DNA of 63,425 nucleotides, filler included, from Octopus bimaculoides (Eukaryota), in the NCBI RefSeq assembly GCF_001194135.2. It is 8 parts of 8 records of this genome, joined end to end, with 100 filler letters (N's around TTAATTAATTAA, not from the genome) between each part and the next. Parts side by side here need not be neighbours in the genome. Positions count along the whole stretch, not along the records: positions 9,963 to 27,808 come from NC_068999.1; positions 27,909 to 36,631 come from NC_068983.1; positions 36,732 to 44,829 come from NC_068997.1; 5 more parts are not named here. The stretch is one strand, 5' to 3'. The notes beneath the pieces were generated by a model that saw nothing but the letters and a program-made list of their open reading frames with translations, had not been told where the DNA came from and searched no databases. A program made the position numbers and the translations under genes. Positions 25,478-38,009 of this stretch are shown one piece after another (position 1 is the stretch's first letter; the number at the start of each line of letters is the position of its first letter).

Positions 25478-27773
25478 TTAACGAACATGATACTGGTATA
25501 TTTGATCGTCATACCATGTTTTGAACTTACTTAGTCTTCTTTTTGGGCCTTTCTATGCTGTTCCAAGATTTACTCCTATATAACAGGCAGATCCCATTTG
25601 CATCAATCTTTATGATAGCCTTGTACTTAGTCCTGATCTATGTACACTCTAATTCTGTCCCTTTGGCTGTAGCTAGAGAACTGCATGCATATCTTTTTAG
25701 GAAAACATTAGATAAGGTAAATCTACGGACTGAAGTAGTATAAAAGCCAGGAACCCCCGTAAAATCCTTGATCTGTAGGACATGTCCATTCGAAACCTCT
25801 GTGTAAAGAGAACAAATGTATAGTATGTAGGATGGATGAACCCACAGGTTAACTGCAAGGTTAGGAATGTAGCATACAGTGTAATGAGGGGCGCTGCAGA
25901 AACAAGACAACTTACAATAGTGAGACGGCACGTAACAGCTGTGCACTGGCGGGAGCTCAAAGAGGAGAAAAGCTTGTTAGTGCTCTATCAACATGTTCAA
26001 TTAGAACGCAGAGGGTCAGTTAGTAACATAGATGTTAAGGTATTATCAACGCATAGAACAGACATGACACTTAGATAGATTACAGATACAGATAGTGATA
26101 TAGAGACCGAGCCTCAACAGAAAACACGAATGGAACAATAACATCCATCACCACCACACTAAGCAACATGACGACAAAAGACAGAACGGGAGGGAAAAAT
26201 GAGACACACGTAGACATACTTAAGATGAAATGGTGGGGGGGGGGAATAGAGAGATGAATAAGTAAATAAAGAAAGGAAAATATAAATATACGTAATGTGT
26301 GATGCTTTTTGTCTAGTTCGACATAAGCATATTATTTCAGAACAGTGGAAGAGGGAGAGAGAGAGAGAGAGAGNNNNNNNNNNNNNNNNNNNNNNNNNNN
26401 NNNNNNNNNNNNNNNNNNNNNNNNNNNNNNNNNNNNNNNNNNNNNNNNNNNNNNNNNNNNNNNNNNNNNNNNNNNNNNNNNNNNNNNNNNNNNNNNNNNN
26501 NNNNNNNNNNNNNNNNNNNNNNNNNNNNNNNNNNNNNNNNNNNNNNNNNNNNNNNNNNNNNNNNNNNNNNNNNNNNNNNNNNNNNNNNNNNNNNNCAACT
26601 CACAGTAACGAGTGACAAAGATTTTCCCAGACGACCTAGTAGCTCTCAGCTTGAATTTGCCAGTTTTTATAACTGTAAGCCAATTCTAGAATCTTCTATC
26701 AAACTGTTCGACGGAAAAATTGTTACTTTGAAGCGTGAAGTCGACTCATATTGACTCAGGCTTTTGTGACGACACTTTTTTCTTTTATGGAGGTAATTAG
26801 CTCGTGGTTCTAAACTGGGAAAATCTGAGAGTTGTGGTTCAAAACTTAGCCGAAGTCGAGCTACATATGTTCGTATTTCAGAGGGTAGTGTGTGTGTGTG
26901 TGTGGGGGGGCTTCATATTAATAGAGAAAGGAAGGTCAACTCGTACCTTCCTACGATAGGCATTTGTATATAAACAAGAATCTGAATCTCATAACATTCA
27001 TACTTTTCTCAGTGATTATTTAAAAATTTGAATCGACTGAGAGAAACTGTAAATGAAGTGAACTAAAACAGTAGAAAAACACATTCAGCTTGTTTACAAT
27101 TAACACAGAGTAGAAATAAAGACCTAGCAATATACTTAACTCAGAAGGTCAACACGTCTTTATTATGTACATACATCTGCGAATGCATCTGAGTAAACAG
27201 TCGACTTTCCTTTTCGTAAATATAGTGAGTGTGTCAACTTTGTTAGAATTGAGAATATAAACTGTATAGCTCAAAGTTTAAAAGAGATAAGATAAATTTA
27301 AAGCCCTCTTTTTTGACCCAAGATACTTTGTATTTCAAGCAGCCTTTTAGTCTACGCACATCTTCTGTTTAAAAGATTGTTTTGAAGTAAATGTTTTAAT
27401 AATATAGAAATGAATTTATGTCACAGATATGTAACAGTCCATTACTGAAAACCCACAAATTGTAGGACATAAAAACTACATAAAAGAATTTTTTAAAAAC
27501 CGTTAGTTTATAGGTGCTATAACAGACTCACCATATTGCATCATATGAAGAAACTGAAACATTTCTTATCTCACAGGTCCGTCGCAGTGTTACTCATTTT
27601 TGTCAGCTGAGTAGACTGAAGCGACGTGAAATGAACGCAACGCATCGCCCGGTCAAGGAATAGAAACTGCAATCTTATTTTATGAGTTCAACGCTCTGAC
27701 CACAAAGCCACGCACCTCCACACATACATGCAAACACACGCGCACACATACAAATACACACACACACACACAT

Positions 27774-27808
<35 letters not shown>

Positions 27809-27908
27809 NNNNNNNNNNNNNNNNNNNNNNNNNNNNNNNNNNNNNNNNNNNNTTAATTAATTAANNNNNNNNNNNNNNNNNNNNNNNNNNNNNNNNNNNN
27901 NNNNNNNN
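27809..27908. other. Artificial scaffold join
   Basis: Linker at 27853-27864. Confidence 0.92.
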
Positions 27909-28074
27909 GACAACCGATGCTGGTGTGTTTACGTACCCGTAACTTAGCGGTTCGGCATAAGAGACCGATAGAATAAGTACTAAGCTTACTAAGAATAAGT
28001 CCTGGGGTCGATTTGCTCGACTAAAGGCGATGCTCCAGCATGGCCACAGTCAAATGACTGAAACAAGTAAAAGA

Positions 28075-28290
28075 GTATTCTCATGCATATAGTTGTATAT
28101 CTAGAAATGCTCATATATATTTAAATGATAAACTTCTGGAATGTTTTACAGATTTTTACAGTTCCAGTGATGGATTGGATCTGTAGTCTTCGAATCAGCT
28201 TTCTCCTTTCTGGTTTTGAGAAGCCTAATTTCTCAAGATTTGCATTTAGGCAGTGTGTCACATATCCTAGTACCCCAATAATCTAGATAG
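28075..28290 (+). repeat. Unclassified interspersed repeat
   Basis: CTCATGCATATAGTT..TTAAATGATAAACTTCTGGA..CTTTCTGGTTTTGAGA recurs at 32127-32271 and partly at ~23384-23432. Confidence 0.7.
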
Positions 28291-29520
28291 AGTAACTACA
28301 GATTTCTCAATAGTTCAGCATTGGTGTTCTGTTTCTCACTGATCTTCAGCTTTATGTTTACATGTATGTATGTATGTATGTATGTATGTATTATGTATGT
28401 ATGTATGTATGTATGTATCATGTATGTATGTATGTATGTATGTATTATGTATGTATGTATGTATGCAAGGATAATCTGGATCTCGACTGAAGAGAGAAAA
28501 CTCCGAATGACCTGTCCTTGTTTCCTTGTATCGTCTATCTGGATGTTTTGTCCCTTTCTTGTATCACCTAACTGTCTGGATATTTGCGTTCTTGTCCCAT
28601 TCTGTATTATATGTATGCATGCATGCATGTATGTATGTATGTATGTATGTATGTATGTATATGTGTGTGCATGCATGTATGCATTTACCTATTTATGTGT
28701 GCCTTAGATATTGATGTAAGATTACACACGAGTTTGTGGCCCAGGGATTTGAGGGGTATGGAACCTCTTCGTAGCTATTAATTTTCTTAAAATAATAACT
28801 AAGGTGGTGGTGGTGGTGGTGGAGGTGGTGGTAGTGGTGATGGTTTTTTAGTGATGTAAGTTGGCAGTAGTGGAAGGTATTTAGAGAACAATAGCAGCAT
28901 TCAGAGAATCCACTGATCGAAACCATCCCAAGATAATATACGAAGCTCATCACATGCAAACCTGTTACCAGCTCAGACATGTCTGCTTGAAAAAAAAAAA
29001 AGACAACGAAGCAAAACAAAAGAAACCATAGTTTAACATATTTCGATCGAACATTTAAAAAAGATATTAGTTCCAAGTGCTGTTCTTTTCAGTTCAGAAG
29101 ACAGCCATAGATTAAACATGCATCAGAAAGTGTCATTCTTTGCAATCTATTGTTTGACACTAATTCTAAAATCATTTTGCAAGTGTTTTCAATTGATTTG
29201 CAATTATCCTGCAGAAATTTTATGTTTCTCTAACATAACTGCAAATCAATTGTAATCGCTACGATATATATCTATAATTTGATGGTATACTGGTAATATA
29301 TCCTTGTGAGTATGTTTGTATATAAATGTGTGTAATTATTAAATGTATATATTAATCTCTTTATTGCCCACAGGGGGCTAAACATAGAGGGGACAATAGG
29401 AGCCACTTGGGTCGATGTAATCGTCTTAATCCCTTGGCAGAATTTGAACACAGAACGGAAGAAATGCACCGAAGCATTTTTCACGGATTTCCCCCGAATT
29501 ATACTGTATATATATAATCC

Positions 29521-29821
29521 TCTGTCGGTTACCAGCTGATACGATCAACGGAACAGCTTGCTCGTGAAATTAACGTGTAAGTGGTTGAGCAATCCAGACA
29601 CGTGTACCCCTAACGTAGTTCTCAGAGAGATTCAGCGCGACACAGAGTGTGACAAAGCCGGCTCTTTGAAATACAAATACTACTCATTTTTGCCAGCTGA
29701 GTGGACTGGAGCGACGTGAAATAATGTGTCTTGCTCAAGGACACAACGCGTCGTCGGGAACCGAACTCACGACCTTACGATCATGAGCCGAATGTCCTAA
29801 CCACTAAGCCACGCGCCTTCA
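29521..29821 (-). mobile_element. CORE-type SINE (head GGCGCGTGGCTTAGTGGTTAG)
   Basis: tRNA-like head plus CCTTGAGCAAGACAC core. The same family recurs at ~27590-27722, 45855-46153, 46215-46410 and 46500-46600. Confidence 0.75.
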
Positions 29822-31368
29822 CAGAGGGGACAAACAAGGACAGGCAAGGGATTAAGACGATTACATCGACCCAAGTGGCTAACTGGTACTTGTTTAATCG
29901 ACCCCGAAAGGATGAAAGGCAAAGTCGNNNNNNNNNNNNNNNNNNNNNNNNNNNNNNNNNNNNNNNNNNNNNNNNNNNNNNNNNNNNNNNNNNNNNNNNN
30001 NNNNNNNNNNNNNNNNNNNNNNNNNNNNNNNNNNNNNNNNNNNNNNNNNNNNNNNNNNNNNNNNNNNNNNNNNNNNNNNNNNNNNNNNNNNNNNNNNNNN
30101 NNNNNNNNNNNNNNNNNNNNNNNNNNNNNNNNNNNNNNNNNNNNNNNNNNNNNNNNNNNNNNNNNNNNNNNNNNNNNNNNNNNNNNNNNNNNNNNNNNNN
30201 NNNNNNNNNNNNNNNNNNNNNNNNNNNNNNNNNNNNNNNNNNNNNNNNNNNNNNNNNNNNNNNNNNNNNNNNNNNNNNNNNNNNNNNNNNNNNNNNNNNN
30301 NNNNNNNNNNNNNNNNNNNNNNNNNNNNNNNNNNNNNNNNNNNNNNNNNNNNNNNNNNNNNNNNNNNNNNNNNNNNNNNNNNNNNNNNNNNNNNNNNNNN
30401 NNNNNNNNNNNNNNNNNNNNNNNNNNNNNNNNNNNNNNNNNNNNNNNNNNNNNNNNNNNNNNNNNNNNNNNNNNNNNNNNNNNNNNNNNNNNNNNNNNNN
30501 NNNNNNNNNNNNNNNNNNNNNNNNNNNNNNNNNNNNNNNNNNNNNNNNNNNNNNNNNNNNNNNNNNNNNNNNNNNNNNNNNNNNNNNNNNNNNNNNNNNN
30601 NNNNNNNNNNNNNNNNNNNNNNNNNNNNNNNNNNNNNNNNNNNNNNNNNNNNNNNNNNNNNNNNNNNNNNNNNNNNNNNNTATATATATATATACACACA
30701 TATGTACATACAAATACACACACATATATACACACACACACACACACACAAGCACAAACATACATTTATGCATACATACACATATACAAACAAATAGCTA
30801 CGTAGGTAGATTTAGACGGCCGACATAGATTTGTAATGCAAAAAAAAAAAACAGGCTAAAAAACTATGAAAGCGTATATGAAAACTACAGAGCACATCGC
30901 AGAGTCAAGTTGCATTGGAATGGACAGTTTGTTTACAGAAGAAACTGAAAAAGTAAACAAAACGCCCCTTGACAATTCCGTTGTCGTCTTATTCGGTTTT
31001 TGATGATTTCAATTTGTTGAGAAGCCTTTCTAGGGACTTAAAAAACACTTTTGGTCTACTTTCAATATAAAACAGAACGTCACTTCATAACGTGAGTTCT
31101 TTTGTGTATGTGTGACTGCTTGTTTGTAAATGTGTGTACGTGTGTGTCTGTGCGCGCGTGTGCGAATGTATGTGTGTTTGTATATATGTGTGTGTGTATA
31201 AATGTTTGTATGTATGTGTGTGTGCATGTATGTATACGTGTGTATTGATATATATGCATCTCTATATATACAATTTATACATTTACATAAATACATATAC
31301 ATACACACACACATATAAGTGTCTTCATGTTTGTGCGCGTGTGTATATATATATATATATATACATAC

Positions 31369-31415
<47 letters not shown>

Positions 31416-33465
31416 AATATACACGCACGCACACACACACTCATACATACAAATATATATATTACACACACACATATATATATATATATATTACATATAT
31501 ATAAATACATATATGCGAGCACACACATCACAAACCCATACACATAGACACAAACACAAACGCAAGCACACACATACACTTATACACAAACACATATTCG
31601 CACACATATTCACAGAGCTGAAAAAGAAAGTTATGTGTTTCAGTCTCCCGAGAACGAATTCAAACAAGACAACAATCAGCTCTCGACCAGAGACCAAACG
31701 ATGTTGCCTTTATCATTAATTCACGTGAAATTTCACAAATGTTTATCTCTTGTTTTGATTTTAATTAATATATTTTTATACACTACATTATTGGTTGTTC
31801 TTCCTGTCTGATTTTACTTTTACCGTTGTCCTTTTATTCGTAGTTGGGTTTTCAAATGTCCCTCGACATACAAGTTTGTTTTCTGTTAACATCACTATAT
31901 TGCATTGTATATATGTTTATTTCTATGTATGTATGTATGTATGTATGTATGTATGTATGTATCTGTGTCATTATTCAGTTTTATTTATTTCAAGATTTCT
32001 TGCTAATAGAGAAAGATCCGGTTTCTAACCTAGATCCAAAGGCTCCTTCATTGGAATTTCAACATCAACAGGGTATTTTTGTATGTATGTATACGTGCAG
32101 ATTTGTATGTTTTGCTTTATGTATGTATTCTCATGCATATAGTTACATATCTAGACATACTCATATATATTTAAATGATAAACTTCTGGAAAGATTTACA
32201 GATTTTTACAGTTCCAGTGAAGGATTGGATCTGTAGTCTTCGAATTAGCTTTCTCCTTTCTGGTTTTGAGANNNNNNNNNNNNNNNNNNNNNNNNNNNNN
32301 NNNNNNNNNNNNNNNNNNNNNNNNNNNNNNNNNNNNNNNNNNNNNNNNNNNNNNNNNNNNNNNNNNNNNNNNNNNNNNNNNNNNNNNNNNNNNNNNNNNN
32401 NNNNNNNNNNNNNNNNNNNNNNNNNNNNNNNNNNNNNNNNNNNNNNNNNNNNNNNNNNNNNNNNNNNNNNNNNNNNNNNNNNNNNNNNNNNNNNNNNNNN
32501 NNNNNNNNNNNNNNNNNNNNNNNNNNNNNNNNNNNNNNNNNNNNNNNNNNNNNNNNNNNNNNNNNNNNNNNNNNNNNNNNNNNNNNNNNNNNNNNNNNNN
32601 NNNNNNNNNNNNNNNNNNNNNNNNNNNNNNNNNNNNNNNNNNNNNNNNNNNNNNNNNNNNNNNNNNNNNNNNNNNNNNNNNNNNNNNNNNNNNNNNNNNN
32701 NNNNNNNNNNNNNNNNNNNNNNNNNNNNNNNNNNNNNNNNNNNNNNNNNNNNNNNNNNNNNNNNNNNNNNNNNNNNNNNNNNNNNNNNNNNNNNNNNNNN
32801 NNNNNNNNNNNNNNNNNNNNNNNNNNNNNNNNNNNNNNNNNNNNNNNNNNNNNNNNNNNNNNNNNNNNNNNNNNNNNNNNNNNNNNNNNNNNNNNNNNNN
32901 NNNNNNNNNNNNNNNNNNNNNNNNNNNNNNNNNNNNNNNNNNNNNNNNNNNNNNNNNNNNNNNNNNNNNNNNNNNNNNNNNNNNNNNNNNNNNNNNNNNN
33001 NNNNNNNNNNNNNNNNNNNNNNNNNNNNNNNNNNNNNNNGGGGGGGGGGGTCTGTGTATGTGTGTGTGTGTGTGAGTGTGGAAGGAGGATTTTCAGGTCA
33101 TAAACTTCCCTTTAAAAGTTACTTGTTTGCTTGCTTTGAAAGAATCGAAATCAAAATTGGAGCTTCTTTATGGGACACCAAACGTATGAGATATTAGGAG
33201 AAAGTAACCGAATTGTACACGCGGTAAGTTTACTGTTCAATGAAACTTTGTGTAGCTGATAACCACTGGTGCACAGTCCGAGCTCTCATTTTGTGGGTGA
33301 GTCCCTCGCAATGTTTCATAAAGACGTGCACTACACAAATAGAAACTGTGTTCGGCATTTAGAATGTTCATCAAAACCTGTCAAAGAATATCAAGCATCT
33401 TGGGAGCAGACAAGTGTATTCTACAAATTGGCTCGAAACCGTGTACTCCTTTATTACGCGTGGTT

Positions 33466-33561
33466 TTGTAACGTTATGTTAGAGCTCTTCAGTGATGTTG
33501 CAACTTTATGTTAAAGCTCTTCTGTGATGTTGTAACGTTATGTTAAAGCTCTTCCATGATT
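33466..33561 (+). repeat. 32-bp tandem repeat x3
   Basis: Consensus TTGTAACGTTATGTTAAAGCTCTTCxGTGATG. Confidence 0.85.
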
Positions 33562-33594
33562 TGTACGACAGCTCAATAATTCCATCGGATATGA

Positions 33595-33710
33595 CTGCAT
33601 CAAATTTGCAATGAAACATCGGCAAATCTGCGTCCGAGATTTTCAAAATGTTTTGCCAGACCTTTCTTGAACATTCGGTAAATAGGACGCTTGTTTTTGA
33701 CACAAATATC
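33595..33710 (+). mobile_element. Mariner transposase N-terminal fragment
   Basis: CIKF, frameshift, GKSASEIFKMFCQTFLEHSVNRTLVF resembles the mariner HTH start. No TIR seen. Confidence 0.55.
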
Positions 33711-34305
33711 AAGACTGGGAAAATATTGGTTTTAAATAAATGAACATTCAGGGCAAACAATCACTAGCAAGCATCAGAAAATGTTGCAAACCCATCTATG
33801 AATAAAATAAGAATCAAAAGGGCCAATAGGCAAAAAATGGCTGAGAACCACAGCAATAGATAAAATTAGATATCGCTCTTACTTGATCTCTCTAAATTCC
33901 TCGGGCATTGTTGTAACAATTTTTTGTCACTTTCTGTTCTATCTTTAGCAACTGGAGTCTGTAGCCAAGACCTTTTCGATGGACATCCATATTAATGTGA
34001 TCAAGGTTTCCGAGAGTTCGATTTAAATGCACCTTCATGATCGCTATCCAATCATACATATGCATACATACATACACATAGGTGTGTGTGTGCATGTGTT
34101 CGTGCGCATGTGTGTGTGTTTGGTGATGCAAACGAGAAAAATAGAGCTCAAAGCATAACTTTATATATATATATATATATATATAGATATATAAGTCGTT
34201 CATTAACAATAAGAGTTACTCGAGACCCGAGCCTTTCGTGTATAAATACATGCACACACTCGCACACATATACATTTGTACATACACACAGACACACACA
34301 CACGC

Positions 34306-34390
<85 letters not shown>

Positions 34391-34597
34391 TGTATATGTA
34401 TGTTTGTATGCCTTTACTCATACATACACAAACGTTACTTTACGATAAGCGAAACGATAAGACAAATTACAAAGAAATTAAGAATGATCAGGATAGGAAA
34501 CGACATTATAAGTAGAAGCTTACACAGACACACAAATGCGAGCACGCACACACACACACACGCACACACACACACACACAAATATATATGTATATTA

Positions 34598-34608
34598 AAG
34601 ATGGCGGC
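34598..34608 (+). promoter_or_regulatory. YY1/PHO consensus site
   Basis: AAGATGGCGGC is an exact match to the extended YY1 motif. Confidence 0.35.
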
Positions 34609-34868
34609 ACTGTTGTGGATACAATAAAACGGCTAGCGGTATTTCAATAGACGTTGGCGAACGGATGCTGGAGATCGTGTATGCTTCGTTAGCATAGCGG
34701 TACGGAAGAGCTAAAAGTGACAGAAACTGTGACAACGATAGATAGAAAATAAAATATATAAATAAACAAATAAACAAATAAATAAAGAGAAAGTAAAGAA
34801 ACACAAAGAACAACAACGATTAACATTAATAATAGCGACAACGGATATGATGACGATGATGATGATAA

Positions 34869-34917
<49 letters not shown>

Positions 34918-35149
34918 GTGGCTATAAGGGCCCAAAGTATTGGGGACAGTGCAAACGTTTGAAGCGATGTGGAGTAAATGCAAACTAATGGCCGATGCGT
35001 ATGAGCAAAAAGGTTAAGTTAAAGACAAGAAAAGTGAGAAAGCGAGAGAGGAGACAGACAGAAATGAGTCAAAGAGAAGCGTTTGTTAATTCTTATAATA
35101 TTATAAAAGTTGTGTTTGATGTCTGACTTGTATTATAATGTAGTATATC

Positions 35150-35225
35150 GTTGCTATTGTTGTTGTTGTTGTTGTAGCTATTGTTAATATTTTTCACAAA
35201 ATAAAAATAGCAATAACATATGATT

Positions 35226-35256
<31 letters not shown>

Positions 35257-35408
35257 TGATAATAATGATGATGATGATGAAATCATTATTTATAAGCTAT
35301 TTCTGATAATTTTTATATAATTATTCTACACGTTAAAATGTTTCTACACAATAATATTTATTTTTATCACTAGTGTTATTTCTACTAGTATTACAACTAA
35401 TCCAGCTG

Positions 35409-35456
<48 letters not shown>

Positions 35457-35479
35457 ATAATAATAATAATAATAATAAC

Positions 35480-35511
<32 letters not shown>

Positions 35512-35807
35512 TAATAATATCATTATCATTATTAATAACGATATAATATTATTATTATCATTATTGTTATTATTATTATTATCATCATTATTATTATTAT
35601 TATTATTATCATTATTATTATTATTATTATTATTATCAGCAGCAGTTTAGAAAATCTGATGATGATAATGATGACGATCAGGAGGATACCAATAGCTTGA
35701 TTGTTATTGCTATTTCTATTATTATTATTAATATTATTAACATTATCATCGCCACCATTGTTATCGTTTCCATATTGTCACCTTCAGAATCCTCCTCCAT
35801 TCCTCCT

Positions 35808-35839
<32 letters not shown>

Positions 35840-35905
35840 TCGTCATCATCATCATCATCATCATCATTTTAATGATCATCATCGTCTTCATCATCATCAT
35901 TAACT
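35150..35905. repeat. Trinucleotide mosaic (TTG, AAT, CTA, ATT, CAT, CAC)
   Basis: Seen directly. Confidence 0.85.
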
Positions 35906-36226
35906 TCATCATTACCATTTCTGAAGGTAATCATGTAATACGTTGAGAAAACCGGAAGCGGAAATTGTGAGCCCAAGAACAGTTCCATGTCATTGGTCAG
36001 CTGAAGTGCATCTATGGATTATTTTAAGAAGTCAAGTTTTGTCTTTTTAAACTCCATATTAATGGAGGCAATGCGCGGCTGTTTCCTGTTTTTTTTATCC
36101 TGCTGCCAAGAGCTCGGTGTCTTCTAAGACGCCTGACCACAATGTACCGTGACTCACATCTCCACTTCGTATTCTTGTTAGGCTCTCGTAATTTCTTTAT
36201 CCCACTTCCACTGTTTACATCTATCC

Positions 36227-36276
<50 letters not shown>

Positions 36277-36419
36277 TTATCAATCTATTTATCTATCTGT
36301 CCGTCTATTTGTCTCTCTTTCCCTTTCCCTCTTGACGTGTATGTATGTGTGTATGTATGTATGTATCATTATATATACGTATATATGTGTGTGTATGTGT
36401 GTCTATCTATCTATCTGAT

Positions 36420-36451
<32 letters not shown>

Positions 36452-36527
36452 AGTATCTACCTATCAGTATATATCTATCTATTAATATCTATCTATCAAC
36501 ATCTATGTATCAATATCTATCTATCAA

Positions 36528-36582
<55 letters not shown>

Positions 36583-36631
36583 GTATCTATCTATCTATAT
36601 GTATGTATATATATATATATATATATATATA

Positions 36632-36731
36632 NNNNNNNNNNNNNNNNNNNNNNNNNNNNNNNNNNNNNNNNNNNNTTAATTAATTAANNNNNNNNNNNNN
36701 NNNNNNNNNNNNNNNNNNNNNNNNNNNNNNN
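36632..36731. other. Artificial scaffold join
   Basis: Linker at 36676-36687. Confidence 0.92.
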
Positions 36732-36783
<52 letters not shown>

Positions 36784-38009
36784 GCATGCACACATACATA
36801 TTTATACATATATATATATATAGATATACATACAGATATATAGTTGTGTGTATTTGTAAGTGTGTATATATGTATGTGAACCGACCCTCCAAGATTGTCA
36901 GGAGTTAAGCGCCGAAACACTTGCCTAAAGGGGGTTTCTTCTTTGAGGACCACCTGCTATTGCGCTCTCCCCGATTTTCTTTCTACTTATCTACTTAACT
37001 AGTTTTAATTTTGACTCTCCCTAACAAAACATTCTGGTGTTGTTATATAGAATTACCTTGAGACAACTGACTTAAACATACACAATACATACAAACATTA
37101 CAAGCTCATATATACGCATACATGTGGGTGTGTGTCATGTAAGTCAGATATACATAAACAAAGTCTTTTGCATCTTGATTTCATGGTAAATTTTATTGCA
37201 ACAGTAAGATGTATGTCTGCTGCTTTAGGTGGACTGCCGGGCTCCCAAATTTACTGGGAAACTCTTAACAAATTGCTCATCAATCAGGCACTGTGTTCGT
37301 CAGCCGGTTCTAAGAAACCCGTTGTTCAAGACCGAAACACCTTTATTATCAACCATTGAAGACCTTTATAATCCCGCCTAGATCAGAGAATGAAACGATT
37401 TTCTTTTTCGGCATGTTTTAATTCGAGAAGATTCTGTTCCCAATTGATACATGTCGTTGGCCACAGCCAGATTTTTTGCTTTAAATCAGAAGACCCATGA
37501 ACAGAGTCAGACTACATATGCCGCATTCTATGCTAAAAAGATCTACCTCTTCATAGGGTACAGGATTTATCGGATCATGCGTTAGCTTGTAATTACATTA
37601 TGGTGGGATTTTGATACAGACGCACGCGCACACTCACACATGTATTGATAATTTTATATACTTATGTTTGCCTATGAATGAGATTTTTTTAAAAATAATA
37701 TTATTCCTAACATACATAATGATAATTACATTAGGAAAAAAAAAAGCCATAGATTGTTGCATCTAGTAAAGCCCCACACGTTTTACGCTTTTTTTTTTCT
37801 GTTCCCTTCTGTGTATATACAAATGCGTATCGCTGATTCTTTGTAATATGTAACCGATATTGTATATGGAAGGTTTCAATTGAAAATCACATTTAACCCT
37901 ACAATGCATATCTATCGCATGCTGCAAATATTAGAATTACCCATGTTTTTTTTTTTAAGATAGAAAATTGATATCTTTAGTATTAGTGGTAAAAAAAAAT
38001 ATGACTTGT

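Noticed and set aside
26783-26799. TTTTATGG-AGG-TAATTA Hox-type composite
   Set aside because: It overlaps a probable decayed SINE head (TGGAGG..GTGGTT..GGTTCAAA).
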